In this document: piece by piece, positions 32,911 through 49,110 of the stretch
How positions within the stretch are numbered: the stretch's first letter is position 1
How the letters are laid out: each line of letters starts with the position of its first letter
NCBI RefSeq assembly: GCF_009914755.1
Contig: NC_060926.1
Origin: the human T2T-CHM13v2.0 reference genome, Homo sapiens
Strand: one strand, 5' to 3'
DNA: 64,000 nt
The notes under the pieces: model-generated
The model's database searches: none
Seen by the model: only the letters and a program-made list of their open reading frames with translations
Told to the model about the DNA's origin: nothing
Position numbers and translations under genes: made by a program

Positions 32911-34579
32911 GTCCGGCCTAGAGTCAGGTGGGGCCCTGTCCCTAGGAAGCTTCCACTGTGAGGTGACAACACAGGACTCCCTGGAACAGAGGCTGAGATA
33001 GAAGCGACATCCAAGCTGGGGAGGAAGGAAGGGGGTCTCGTGGGACCTAATAGGCCTTGTAGTGCATTTGTTTGTCAACCAGCTTTCACTCCCTGAAAAT
33101 CAAGTAGGGCAGCCACAACTTGCGTGCTATACTCTACACGCAATTTGTCACCATATCCCCAAGGGAGCTTCCATCTCCATACTCCTCTGGGGGAAGGAAG
33201 GAACAAATGCCTGCTTCTTTCTGACAGGGAACAGTGGTGATAATGCCGGAATTGCTTCTCACCAGCTCACTGCAGCCACGCCTCCATCACGCACAAAAGG
33301 CGGATATGGATTCTGTTTACATTTACCTAGGGAGATGAGTGTGAAGGATGCAAGGGCTTCGTAGGTAATTTATTGCTTACTTATCTTTACTCAAAATTAC
33401 ACTATAAATTCTGTAAAGGCAAAAACTACATAGCATGTAGCAGGTACTCCTCATGCAGTAGAGTGGATCGAACATCAATGGATTCATCCCTGACTGATCG
33501 TAAGCTCCCCCCATGGAGTCTGAGGAGGCATCAACCATTTACCACTGGGGATGGGAGGAGGAAAGAGACTCCCAACACGTCAGCCAAATGCCCGTGGAAT
33601 AGCCCACACGGTAAGGCAGCTCTGAAATATAATGAAAATCAAAAGAAATTTGTGATTTGGTTTATTAAAGTTGAATTTCACAGAATTGTAATCCTATTTT
33701 CTTCACCAATATACCTATGAATATACTCCAAAATGTGTCAAAAACTCATTTGCATCTTTTAAATGTGTTACAGATTCAAAACCCACAGTCACCCCTCCTT
33801 CCACACTGCTGGGAGCCTGTATGTCAGAGTGTCTCCAACAGCCCAAAGCAGCTATTATTAGCAGAGGGCACGGTGCTATTTTTTAACGATTTATTAATAT
33901 TTATTGTGTTTACACAGCAGTTTTCTCCTCTAGCACTCAGAGCTCCACACATCAGCTCATCAGTCCCCTGGAGGCCACTCACTGGACCCAGGTTTTTGTT
34001 TTTCTGCTATTTTATGGATGAGGGGTGGGGAGAGAGGTGTTTTATAAACACTAGTGTTTAAAAATGGAGGAGTCAAGGATTAGCGGGCTTGCCTAAGGTC
34101 ACTCAAGGAGTTTGTGAAGTCCACCCAGAAATAGAATCCCATTCAACTGCCTCCCTCCTAACAGCCAGCCCTGCTCAACCATCCAGCCACACGAAAGCTC
34201 TGGGCAGCCACATCACGTGCTCACACCACCACTGCCCTGGGACTAGTGGTCTCCAGGATGCTGTGAAGATTTGAGTCAGGAGCAAACAGTGCAAATATGA
34301 CTGCTTATGCATCTGCAAGTATGAGCTGCTTCCAGGCTTGGGGGACCAGAGACGGGTGGGGGCCAAAGGGTAATTGCTCCATCAGCAATCCCTGGCCTCA
34401 ACCCAGAAAGGCTGGCCTGGCCAGTAACAAGGGCATTGAGGAACCAGGTCACTAAAAAGAATATAGACTCCTCCCTCCTGCCCCAACTCTGGGGGAGAAC
34501 TTCATGGATCAGAAAGAGGCAAGGGAGATGTACCCCTTCAGCATAATCCCCCAGTCAACCCAGACTGAAACCAAATTTA

Positions 34580-35097
<518 letters not shown>

Positions 35098-35099
35098 TA

Positions 35100-35411
35100 G
35101 GCCGGGTGTGGTGGCTCACACCTGTAATTCTAGCACTTTCAGAGGCCCAGGCAGATCTGCTTGAGGCCAGGAGTTTGAGACCAGCTTAGGCAACACAGAG
35201 ACCCCACCTCCACAAAAAATAAATTAGCTGGGCATGGTGGTGTGTGCCTGTAGTCCCAGCTATTCAGGAGGCTGAGGCAGGAGGATTGCTTAAGCCCAGG
35301 AGGTTATGGCTATAGTGAGCCATGATCGTGCCACTGCACTGCAGTCTGGGTGATGGAGAGAGACCCTGTCTCACACACACACACACACAGACACACACAC
35401 ACACAGACACA
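35100..35411 (+). mobile_element. AluJ-like element with (CA)n tail
   Basis: J-type motifs gaggattgcttaagcccagg, followed by a CA microsatellite at ~35373-35411. Confidence 0.93.
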
Positions 35412-36637
35412 CTTAATGTCTGAAAGGAAGCAATGGTTAACAAGCCACTTCAAAGAAATGATTAAAGGTAGTTAAAGCCTCCTTTTTTTTTCTATTCTGC
35501 TAAAGGCTCCAAATTGCTAACTGTGCACAGTACTGTAAATCTCTAGAAGCATCAGTTTTTGATTCTGAAGTTATAAGGGCAAAACCTACTGACAGACACT
35601 CATACACAAAATGTTGTCAGATCGAAACTTTGGCCCCTTGTCATTTGTAGGTTTAAAGGACTGTGGCTCACATTAAAATTGCCTGAGTCCTAGCCTACCA
35701 ATTCTAGGTTACTTCCTATCAGATCAAAAGAGCCAAACAAGAGAAGCTTCTCCAATCACCCTCTAATTTACGATAGATCTAAACATAAAGTAGCCCTGGT
35801 GATTAACCAATTCATCCCACAGTTTAACGTGTAATTGTTTTATGTATCACCTTTCACTCTGGTCTCCAAAGCATTTGTAATCTGAGACAGTGCTCAAATG
35901 TGAAGCAAATAATGAAAAATAAAAGAGTTAAGTGGTGTGAGCATATAACACGGTACTTATGACTGCACAATTCCTAATGCTGGTTTTCTCCAGCTAAGCC
36001 CTCTTTCTCTCCGTGTGTTCTGACATTTCAAACAAAGCCACAGAGGAAGCTCATCTTGGAGGCAGGATAAAAGGAGAAAGTGAGCAAGGAATGGCTGTGA
36101 GCCATTCTCTCTTGTCTATCATGCAGAAGCCAAACCGGCACCATCTGGTTAAGACTCCACCCCTCCCTCAATCCGTCACTATCAATGCCTCTCTCCTCTC
36201 CTCCTTCTGGAACTCCCCCACTTCCCTTCATGTTTGTACTCATCATCACCTCATTTCTTCCCTCAACTCTCCTGAACTCCAGCCCCTCATCCTCTCTCTC
36301 CATCCATTTCCCATCTCTCTCCTCTATCTTCAACTTCATCTACCTGCTGTGTTTGTGGAGCGGGTGAGATTGACTTGGACCAGGGACAGTCACTCAGACC
36401 ACAACTTTCCACACAAGCATTCCCTACCCTCTCCATGGTAAGAGCCTCCACTTCCTCAAGTTGCAACCATTAAAACCTCTCCTTCCTCAACAAATGACCT
36501 GTGGTTTACATCTGTAATAATACACAAGCTGAACAGAACCCAACCAACTGAAATCCCACTTAGATAGGACTTTATTTCTGGCATCTACTTTAGGGACAAA
36601 AGTCAACATGAGGAACTTGTTAAATGATTAGTCTCTA

Positions 36638-36828
36638 GAGCAGAGCAGACCCAGGGCATTTTCTGTGATGATGGATGCTATTCTATATGGTAGCCACTCA
36701 CCACAGGTATCTACTGAGTATTGCAAATGTGGTTACTGCAACTGAAGAAATGAAATTTTAATTTCTTTTAATTAAAAACCAAATGGCCACATGTAGTTGG
36801 TGACTACCATACTGGACAGTACAGCTCT
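36638..36828. mobile_element. MER3/MER33-like hAT MITE
   Basis: ttctgtgatgatgga...tggccacatgtagttggtgactaccatactggacag. Confidence 0.75.
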
Positions 36829-37799
36829 AAAGGTTGGGCTGAAAATACACAGGCTCACCAAAGGGGCCGTTGCCCAAGCCACTCCTCAAGATGGGGTCAA
36901 TTTATGTGGACTAACAGGGACTGCTCTAGGAAACTATGTGAAGGCGCATCAGGCCTTTGGTACCTGCACCAATCAATGCGCCATTTCCTTCCCTCCAGGG
37001 AGCCCACCAAGCCCCAGGTCTACATGCCAGTCTCTCTCTTGTTTTCATCTAACATCAACCTATCTCCAGCCACAGCGACCGCTTCACCAGGGTATCTGCA
37101 TTTTAGAAAGTGACTTGAAAATTCAGTCACTCACATTTTAAGTTCTACATGTCAAGCCCTGAGGCTAAGGCAAACAAAATCTATACCCAGCCTCCAGAGA
37201 GCACGAATCTAGGATAGGAAACCTGGAAATCACTACAGGACAGTCCATCACTTGTGAATGTGAAAATAGGCAATGGACAAGGAATAAAATGAAGACAGAA
37301 CTAAGAGTGATAAAACACAACCTGTGAGGACAGAACAGGAAGAAACGATGGCTCTGTAGTGCGACATCTAAGCTGGGTGTACAATGGACAGGAATCATGA
37401 AGCAGAGAAACTAGAAGGCTTTGGAGGTTACTCCAGACAGAGCAGAGGAAATTTTATGGACTAAAGCATAAAGACACAGCACTGTGGGGCCCTATTTCAG
37501 CAGGAGTTCAAAATGGAGATGCTGTTCCTGGAGCATTTGGCCCCAGGGGAGCAGCAATGCAGTGGCCACAAAGAAAGGCCCTGTGTGTCCTGGAAGCTCC
37601 CTCAAGATGGCAGGTGCATCACCCATGGTACACATAACGGATCTTAGACGGCATACAGACCAAAACCTGTTGTATTTAATAGTTACATATTTTAATGTAC
37701 CTCAGAAAAAAAAGACCATCGCTCCATGATGGCAGAGATATTGTTGCTTAGGGAAAAAATGAATATGATTATATTGAGATAAATATTAAGTTCATAAAA

Positions 37800-39130
37800 G
37801 GATAGGATAGATAGTACACAGATAGGGCAGGATCACCAAGTTGGAACACACAGGTCTGAGGTTGGGGAAACCTTTGTGGTGACAGGAAGTCGCTGCAGCA
37901 TTTTAAGCAAAGGAGACCCATGATGTGATCTGGGCTTTGCAAAGACCCTCCTGACTGCAGCTGGGATTGGGAAGGCTGAAGGGTAAGAACTAGAGGGAGG
38001 GGAATAGCCTGGAAGACAATGTCAATGGCCACGAAAGCAAACTGATGACTCTACGCACGGGCCATGACAGCTGAAAAGAATCAAGATGGAAAGACACCAA
38101 GAAGATCGAACTGGCAGAACTCGGTGACTGACTGGACACAGGCAGAGGAGGAGAAGGGTACAAGGACAACCCCAATTTTGAGACTGGACACAAAGGAAGA
38201 GGTAGCGGTGCATCCAAGAGCAGGAAGTGAGGAGCCGGTAGTGAGTCTGTTTGGGGCTTGCCAAGCTTAAGGAAGGTCTGGACAGTGAGATACACTGACC
38301 TGAGCCTGAGAGGCCTCTTCCCGGCCTAGGCTCCCAGGGCCATTTTCCTGGGGCTTCCAGGTTTCACATTTCAGGGTGGAGGGGAATGGATAGAAAGAAA
38401 GGAACAGGGAACAGCCCGTCTAAAGGTTGCCAAACCCTACCCAAGATCTCTGCTTCCAATATACACTGCACAGGGAATGCATGCGGAGACTCGTGGCCCA
38501 AGGTCTTCCAATTAATCAGCAAAACACTGATTCTTGTGTTCCAGGGCAAGGATTTGGCATGAACAGGACAGCAATTGCCTGTTCTTGTGGAGCTCACATG
38601 GGGATAGGCAATGAACACATGAACACCCTGTACATTATATACAGAGACAAAGCAGAAAAAAGGGGAGAACAAGGCGGGGGGGGGTGCTGTTACTTTATAT
38701 CCAGTACTCACACTTCTTTCTAATGAGGGTACATCTGAACAAAGACCTACCAGATGGGAGAGTCAGCTCTGCAGCCACCTGGGGACGAGCACTCCAGGCA
38801 GAGGGACAGTGAGTGCAAAGGCTCCTGGCAGGAGAGAACCCAGCATGCTCAACCTACGGCAACGAGGCCGATGTGGCTGGAACCCAGGGGCCTTGCCATT
38901 ACCACAAGGACTTGTGTTTTTCCACTAAGGATGGCAGGGCACCACTGGAGGACTCTGCAAAGTCAGGATACGCAACCTGACTCACATTCAAAAAGGATCA
39001 CTCTGGCTGCTCTTTTGAGAAAAGACCAAAGAGGGACATGGGTGGAAGCGGGGAGACCAGGAGAAGGCACCTGCAGGGACGCTGGAAGAGGTGATGATAG
39101 AACAAGGCAGGAGAAGCGGCAGCGCAGGGA
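37800..39130. mobile_element. L2 fragments
   Basis: ttttaagcaaaggag..catgatgtgatctg and aaaaggatcactctggctgct L2 motifs. Confidence 0.65.
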
Positions 39131-39696
39131 ACACGGGTCCTACAGGCTCCCATGAGATCCAAGGCAGACTGGCCGGAATTCAGTGCATTCCAGCTGCTGA
39201 GGGAATAAGGGAACCAGTGGCTGTTTTGAAAGATTTTAAAGGTACTCTCAGGGTAAACCTGCTTCTCAGGAGAATATGGACATCTAAAAACCTTGCTACT
39301 TTAGCCAACTGTTTATTTCAAGTAAACCATGCAAGTATTTTCAATGTCAGGGCAATTAGCTGCACCAATTCCAATTTTTTCTTAAATATCTGCTGAAGGT
39401 ACAACTGCTTGTCTCTGCATGGAATATATCCAGGCAGATACCCAAAGAGAGTGAACAGCTTTTGCTGAACACGGATGGGGAATAGAAGCCTGCTTTAGGA
39501 AAAAATATTCTTAGAGAAGCTGATCATGGTTTTTGTAGTTGTGTGTGTGCAGATACAACCTATGAAACATGAAGAAACACCGAATGTCTACCATTTGCAA
39601 ATAAACCTGCTGTGCATTAGCTACGAGGACAAAACATGGCCCTTTTCCTCCAAGTAGAGAAAGGGGGCATTTAAATCACACAAAAATATTCCTAGA

Positions 39697-40195
<499 letters not shown>

Positions 40196-40423
40196 TCAGG
40201 CGCTGAGATGGAACCCTCTTAACTCCAAAGGGGAGTAAGAAAGAGGGAGAATGGTGAAGGCAGATCATATAAGGTCTTAGAGCTGTTGTCAGGATTTAGG
40301 CATTTACAAAGATGGGAAGCCACAGGGAGCACAAACTTGGAAACAACATGATGTGGCATGTTTTAACAGGACCACTGTTCACCAAGGGCAGAAACAGGGA
40401 GAGCAGCGTGCAGGCTGTGGCAC

Positions 40424-40543
40424 TATCCAGGCCAGGTGAAGGTGTGACAAACAATATCATGACTATCCAGGCCAGGTGAGGATGTGGCAAATGATGTCAT
40501 GGATATCCAGGCAGGTAAGGATGTGGCAAATGATGATATGGAT
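40424..40543. repeat. Three-copy 40-bp minisatellite within L2-like sequence
   Basis: Unit tatccaggccaggtgaggatgtggcaaatgatgtcatgga, starting at 40424, 40464 and 40504. Confidence 0.88.
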
Positions 40544-41821
40544 CAGGATATAGTACTGAAGTGTGAGTCTGGACAATTTCTGATTCTGAGTTTTGGTCTG
40601 TTCAGGGATATATTCTGAAGGCACAGCTGACAAGTCTTGTTAATGCGTGGTAGGAAACAAAGGAGCCAAGAATGATTTGAAGCTTTGAACCTGAGAAAAG
40701 CAAAGGATACAGTTACCATTTCTGGAGACAGGGAAGACTGTAGGAGAAGCAGGTCTGGGGGCAGAAAAGATCAGGAGTGCAGCTGTGGACGCAGTAAGTG
40801 TGGGATGTGTGTGTTAGACATCCAAGTGGTGGTGTTGAGAAGGGAGCTGGAACAGGAGTTTAGATTCAAACATGACTCAGGAATCATCAGCACATGGATT
40901 ACACCAAAATCTTTCAAAGCCAAGTAGATTCTTTCCCCCTCCAAGAAATTACAAATGCCCTAGAAAAGCTGGAGTGAAGGTTCCACGACGGATCCAGCTG
41001 GGAAGCTGAGTAGGAGGGAGAGTGAGACCCAACCCTGTGGAGCTTCACGTGCTAATAAGGTAAGCTGTATAAACGTTCTTGCGAAAAACCATGCAGAGCC
41101 CCTGACAGCTTTGAAAATGATGAAGATGATTAGATCTGCATTTTCCAGCACTGACTCAGGCACTGTCTGTGCTGCACACTTGCAGGGCCTGACCTGCATT
41201 CATCCTCCCGCTTCATGGGTAATGGGCCTCAATGCTCCCTCCAAGCTCCATTCTCCCTGAGGGGAGGACTGACAGTCACTGCACCCCACCTGGAACCCAG
41301 GCCCCTGACCCAAGCTGGGCCCATCAGACACTCTCCCTGGACTTTCAATCCAAGAGGAATGATAACAAGGACTGAAAGCCAAGATGATTCGTCCCTGAGC
41401 AGGGATGGCTAGAAGGCCATGCTCAGCTGAAACTGTCAACCAGAGTGCTGAACCAACACCCCTGGGTGTAGCCAGGCTTCCTGTAGCAGGCGGGCTGTCT
41501 TTCCCCGAGCCAGTGCTCCACTCAAACCAGGCAGAAGCTCCAAGGCCTTGGAAGCATGCCGCGTCTTTCCAGGGCATTCTGCAGCCCTTAAGTAAGCCAT
41601 AGGCTTGCTGAGGTTAAAGAAGAAGGGGACAAGACGCCACCTCTTGATGGAGGAGTGACAAGGTAGCATTGTAGAACAACATGTGGAGGGGGGCTATGGT
41701 TGTGGTTATCTTCAGAAAATGCCACCTGTCACAAGAATGAAGAGGCCCAAGACCAGGTTGGTCATGTACTATGTTAGCAAACCCTTTGTTTCCAGAAATT
41801 CTCTCATGCTAGAGTCAAAGT

Positions 41822-42063
41822 CGGGGGTGTCAATCTTTTTGCTACACTGGAATAAAAAGAATTGTCTTGGGCCACACATAAAATACACTAACGATACTGA
41901 TGATCTTTTTTTTTTTTTTTTTTTAAAAAAAGAGGTCTGTACATCAATCTTGTATTATTTTAAGAAAGTTTACAAATTTGTTTTGGGCTCTGTGCATGAA
42001 CTACTTTGACCAAGCTTGTCCAACCCATGGCCCATGCACTGAAAGCCATCCTGGGCCACATGG
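41822..42063 (+). mobile_element. MER30 (hAT-Charlie) with a rearranged 3' end
   Basis: ggggtgtcaatctttt...gaattgtcttgggccacacataaaatacactaac. The terminal caagcttgtccaaccc is in inverted orientation. Confidence 0.85.
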
Positions 42064-42184
42064 TCAATGCAGTTCACACACAGAGCCAGATTCTGAGGTT
42101 TCTATGCTACGGTACAGAAGGCGATGAGTGGTCGTCAAAAGAAAACAAGGAGGCCAATTCCCAGTAGGCCTGCAGAAGTGTGTA

Positions 42185-42575
42185 TCATTGCTCACATCAA
42201 TTGCTCTCAACCTCACACCCCTACCTTTGCTGTGTGATTCACAGCACCTTTGTGTAGGGGATGTATACATCCTGCCCACTATGGGACTTGGCCGTGTGAC
42301 TTGCTCTGGTCAACAGTGAGTGGAGATGACATCACTGTACCTGCGCAGAAACTTTCCATGTGCACAATTGGTTTGGCCTCATTTCTGCCCAGTGGTCCTA
42401 GGAGAGGAGCTATTCCTTCTGCCTAAAACCTGGAATGAGATCTCATGTGGAAAAGGCCACCACCAAACCTTGGCTTACATGGAAATGATTAAGAAATGCA
42501 AGTTTGCAGCATAAGTCACTGAGACTTTGGGTGCTGCTATTGCAGCAAAGCTGACAGATAGAAGATTCTTGAAAG
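42185..42575. mobile_element. MLT1-type MaLR LTR
   Basis: ggccgtgtgacttgctctggtcaa...taagtcactgagactttggg...tgcagcaaagctgac. Confidence 0.7.
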
Positions 42576-43795
42576 GGACGCATCTTATGGCAGTGGCAGC
42601 AAAAGGCTGTCTCAGCAACGCGATACTTGGAACCAAGGGAAGAAGTTGCCTGTCCGAATGATAACAGATGAGTCATCTCGAGCCTTAGTCCATCCTGAAA
42701 ACCAGGCAATCCCACTGACACAAGATGTACAGAAAACCACCTGAGTGAATAATCTTACTGAATCAAAAAGACAAGAATGGAAGCCCCCCGTGGTCTCTGA
42801 ACTCTCACACGGGGTCTGAAGCATCCAGCCACTCTTCTGCTCTGTCTCTGTGGGAAATGATGAGCTCAGCACCTTCTGAACACAGGCTTCTCAGCATAAC
42901 ATGGTTAATTAAATCTTTTATTTATTTTGATTCCTATAAAAATACTCCATAATTTCCTTAGTAACCTATTTTCCAGTGTTTCTAACCTTGATTATAGTAT
43001 TTCAAGTAATTGACTTAAATTATTCATTCACTTTGATCCACTTCTGGGAATCAATCCCTGAAGAAAAGGCTTTTTGCAGAAGAATGTTCACAGTAGTGTT
43101 ATTTATATTTAAATGTGGGAAATTTAAATGTGCCACAAAGGGAGTGTTTAAGTAACTGTGATACATCAATTCAGTTGACTATCAGATGCCATTAAAATTT
43201 TTTTTGTTAAAGATAAATGAAAAACAGGATATAAAAATATACATATGCAGATTAGAAATACATAAAAATAAATCTAAACCCAGGGGGAAATTTTTGGAAG
43301 GAAACACACACTAAAGTAATAATAGTAAGAAGACAGACTTTGTTCCCTTCTACTTTTCTGTGCTGTACTTTTGTAACAAAAACAAAATTTCTAGAAATGT
43401 CTTCTCCAGCTACATCACTTCTAACATTGACCTGTATTTGCATCTTCACAAGACATGAAATGCTGGTCTCTATCAAGTCTCAGACTTGACATGTAAATCA
43501 ACCATGTTTTCATGAGCACGTACTACGTGTCCTGCAGGGTGCTGGGGCTCAGGTGTGCAAGGTGCAGTTTTGGTGAGTTTCTGCACTGTTTCTGGGGCAA
43601 CATAGAAAGCTGCTACCCAAGCTCAGCTGTTCATAGCTTCTTCTCCAAGGCTCAGTTTCCTTAGAAGGAAAATGGGAATGATAAAAAGACCACTTCCCTC
43701 CCAAAACTGTAGCAAACATAAATAAGATGGGTAGGCACAGGTCATCCAAGATGATATTAAGCATATATAAAATATGGGCCATGTGCGGAGGTTCA

Positions 43796-44088
43796 AGCCA
43801 GGCACAGTGGCTCACACCTGTAATCCCAGCACTTTGGGAGGCCGAGACGGGCAGATCACTCGCGGTCAGGAGTTTGAGACTAGCCTGGCCAACATGGTGA
43901 AACCCCATCTCTACTAAAAGTACAAAGATTAGTGAGGCGTGGTGGTGGGTGCCTGTAATCCTAGCTACTCGGGAAGTTGAGACAGCAGAATCACTTGAAC
44001 TCAGGAGGCAGAGGTTGTAATGAGCTGAGATTGCGCCACTGCACTCCAGCCTGGGCAACAGAACAAGACCCTGTCTCAAAAATAAATA
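43796..44088 (+). mobile_element. Alu (AluS-like)
   Basis: Full Alu consensus. Confidence 0.96.
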
Positions 44089-44358
44089 AATATATATATA
44101 TTCATATATATTCATATATATGTTCATAAATATTCATATATTTTTATATATATTCATACTTATATTCATACATATATTCATACATATAGTCATACATATA
44201 GTCATATATATGCATATATTCATATATATGCATATATATGCATATATTCATATATATGCATATATATGCATATATATATATGAATAGATATATATGTGCA
44301 TATCTATTCATATATATATGCATATATATGAATATATATATATATGCATGTATGTATG
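44089..44358. repeat. AT-rich compound microsatellite (TA/CATATA/TGCATA) expanded from the Alu tail
   Basis: Low-complexity tract seen directly. Confidence 0.95.
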
Positions 44359-46984
44359 AAAGGTAAGGCTCCCAGGTGAGTGGAGAAGAGGCCAAACTCT
44401 GTCTACGGCCAAGGACCGCAAGACTAAAATGCTACTCTAGACTAGAGATTTACCAAGCACCCCAAATTAGAGAACAGAGGCAAACGTGAAGGGAGGTTGT
44501 GAGCTGTAATTAATGGTTATGTGTTTAGTGGATTAGTTTACATGGATTTTTCTGTCATTAGTTTGTAACTTCACAACTCCTTATCATGCTGACTTGCTTT
44601 ACCCCCACCCACCCCCGCCAAAAAAATAACATTTCTAATCTAATCCTGTGGCATCATCTTCCATCATTGGGACCTCTGGTAAAATTCACCATACTGTGCC
44701 CTTTGGGAAGCTGATCAAACTTCCACAGCTGATCAAGCTGGCCAAGTTCCGTGGACATGAATTCCCTGAGGCAAACACCCCATGGCATGTGGGTAAGCAT
44801 GTGAGGCTTACAGAGAACTCTCGTGGACTTCTCGCATGCTTTTCCTTGACACTGCCCAATGGAGTATACATTACCTTTCCCCTCTGACAAGTCAGAAGGC
44901 TGATGGGGAGATGGGGAATTACGGAGAAATAGAGAGCTGGAGACAGTCTGGGAAAAGTCTATGAGCTACCCAGTGTTATGAAGCTAGTCAACTGAGCTGG
45001 GACTCAAAGCCAAATTTGAGGCTTGCCGCGTAGACAAGCCGGAATTTTCTTTATCTGGGTGTTTGTCAACCTAAACACATACACAAAATTTTCACACACA
45101 GTTTTGTGTTTCATTTTTTCTAACTGGAATAGCAATATTGCTGGATTCACTAAACTGGAAGCAGAGCCCAGGAGTTCTTGTCATTAACTTGGAAAAAAAA
45201 TGGAAAATATCTCTAGACTTCAGTTTCCTCATGTTGAAAGTTAGCCACTTTGACTTAACCGCCAAGATCCTGACATACTAAAACTGCAATCTAGATGGAG
45301 CAATGGGAATTCTGGCTTATTAAAGATTTTTATTTTAAATCAATAGGTTTAAGGCTCAGATTTATTTGCATAACCAAAATGTAAGAACTGAACCATAGGT
45401 ATTATTTACCCACTGGCTAGTTAGGAGAAAAAGTATGAGTTTCCCACTGAGTGATCTGCAAATTGTGGGCTTCCTTTCATATATCACTACAGAGTTGTCA
45501 GATGGAAAAAAAAAATGCACCATGTTTTTGGCTGATCTTACTTATTTCTGCAACTTCTCTGTGACCTATACACTCTACTATTTTGAAAGGCTGACATTTC
45601 CCAGAGTAAGAGAAAAAGGATAATACAGAAAGCAGAAGGAGAAAATTTTAAAAGAAAATGTTATTCATCCATTGCATTGGGAAGCTGGTCTTCTAAACAG
45701 AGCAATGATATTTAATTATGTGAAGAATACCAATACACCAGAGCCTCACTATATTGGGAAAAGCACATTAATGATTCATCTTAGAGCTTTCACCTAGAAG
45801 GGCGAGTTTCTGAAAATTCTGGAATATCAAGTTACACTGAAATGTGTTATCAGATTATCAGATTCACAAAATGCTGGCTTCCCTACAAAATACACATCTG
45901 CCCATAAATAGGCTATTGGTTTGTGCCTCAATCACTAGTACAAGTAAAAGATCACAATCACACCATCTCAAGAGATAAGTGCTGGTGTTTCCACACCCAT
46001 TATCATCCTGCCTGTCCTAGAAATGGGAAATTAAGGAACCTAAATGTAACGCACCACAGTGCTGACTAAATACAAGGCCATCCCGGAGTCAAGACAGGTA
46101 GGGAGGATGGTCCTTTAACCACTCGGGGTCGCGTAAAAGACTTTTGGTGCCACATCACATCTTCTTGGCCAGCTCAGATTTCCTTCCAACACCGTGTACT
46201 TTCTAGCACGGTCCCAATTCAGCACGGTATAGACTTCTCAGAGGCAGAATCCAGCTGCCTCTGCCTACAGAAGTGACCACGATATCTCACCTCAATTGAC
46301 TTTTCCTCTTTTCCTGTCTAACTCGCCCCCTACTTCACTCCCACTTCCTAGATCATGCCTGGAATCACTGTCCAATCTGCTGCCTTTCTTGTCTCAGGCC
46401 CCAGTCCCAGGCAGGGGGTGTTCCAGGAAGAACTTACAGCAGAGACAGTTATAGTATATTATACTGTCAAAATAAAAGGAAAGCAAGACAATTGGGAGAT
46501 AACACAGACAAACTCAGAGTCTAACCACAAACATCCATGTGAACAAACCAAATGCAGACCCAGGACTTCAACATTCTCCTGGCTTTGCAAATTAAATCTA
46601 TTCAGGACCCCAGGATCAGGACGTTCTCCTGGACTCAAACGTCCAACCAAAAGTGACAGTCCTTGGCAGAAGTGTTGTAGTAGCCCACAATTCCGTGTTG
46701 CCATTTAAGATACTCACAGACTTAAAGGCAAGGCTATCGCTAGACCAAGCCAAATAAATCAGATTAGAGAGCCCCAAAAAGCAAGACTTCCCTCCTTCAA
46801 ATCACTACATATTTTGCCATGAACTCTGTTGACGTTCCCCTCTCTTGGGGCAGTCTTTAAAACCTTCTACAGCTCCATACGAGGCAGCCTTGATAAGTCT
46901 GTCCTGAGGTTTGTGTCGGCCTCAAATGAGCACAGTGGACAAAGGTGGCATCAGGGATGTGAGCAAGCTTTAAAACACAAATGA

Positions 46985-47532
<548 letters not shown>

Positions 47533-48502
47533 TTATGGGCCAGATGTAAGAAGAGACAAAGACAGTTCGCATCACCTGAGCTCTCATGCCAACATAAAGA
47601 TGAAGGGGCGTGGAGGAAGAAAACCTCATTCTCATTTACATAACTCTACATACCACCACCTTAGAGAAGCAAGGGAGGGAGAGGCCCTTATAATAAGACA
47701 ACCTGTCATTGTGTGTTTGATAGGTCCACACATTCCCCCAAAGACAGAATCAAATCAATGTCCTAAAAATGACTGATTTGTCCATTCATTAATGGCATAG
47801 ACACCTCTAATAAGGAATTCTCATGCATGAACATTTCCATGAAGTCCACCGCAATGCCCTAATGTCTGGCAATAACAGTGGAAGTTCTGGCTATCCCTTC
47901 TTGCTTGCTATGAGAAAAGGCAGTAGAGTACTCCACAAAGCACAGTCCCCGGAACCTGTGTCTGGCTACTTACAGCACCAGCAACCTAGCAGGGTATGAC
48001 CTCAGGTAAGCTGTGTCACTTCTCTATGCCATGATTTCATTGTCTGTATGATTGTAGTACTACTGTTGTGAGTTAATCCACATGCGGGTCTTATTAGCAA
48101 AGTGCCTGGCACAGTTTTGTGTGTGTGAGCTTTTTAGATGATGAGTAAATGTAACTGATTCAAACACACAAACACTTCTTGTTTACACTCCCATCTTCCT
48201 ATGACAGGGTCTATAGCTCACCCCATAAGGTCCAAATGTGTTCTTGTCTACAAACTGACTTGCCCATTACTAACCTCTGACACAGCATGGGCAGATATTA
48301 AACTCATCTTTAGAATGAGATTGTAGCAGCCAAGTTCACCCAAAGCTACTGGAAAGGGGATCATGACAGGGTAAGTCTCTTGATCCCCAAACTGGCTGCT
48401 GATCAGAGGCTTCTGTGAGGCTCATAAAGAATTCTGATTCCTGGGCTCCCCCTTGAAGTTTCTTCTTCCATAGTCTTGCATTAGGGTCTGGGAAGGTGTT
48501 AG

Positions 48503-48853
<351 letters not shown>

Positions 48854-48889
48854 AGGAACTTTTTTTCTAAGACTTAGGCATGGCTCTAT

Positions 48890-49110
48890 GTCAGTGGCTC
48901 TCAACCAGGGTCAATTTTGCACCCTAGAGAACAAGGGGTCATTTAGCAATGTCTGGAGGCATTTTCCATTGTCATAATTTGGGCAAGGGTGCTACTGGCC
49001 TCTGGTGAGTAGAGCTCAGGGATGCTGCGATGCACAGGAAAGCCTCCTGACAACAAAGAATTATCTGGTCCAAAATGTCAACCATGCTAATTTTGGGAAA
49101 CCCTGCTCTA
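48890..49110. mobile_element. MER20
   Basis: cagtggctctcaaccagggtcaattttgcaccc...aaagaattatctggtccaaaatgtca...gaaaccctg. Confidence 0.88.

Noticed and set aside
40424-40543. Repeated 40-mers as a possible CRISPR-like array
   Set aside because: Contiguous degenerate tandem units with no spacers, in eukaryotic DNA; an ordinary minisatellite.
43549-44395. 192-aa and 83-aa ORFs
   Set aside because: Derived from an antisense Alu and an AT microsatellite.
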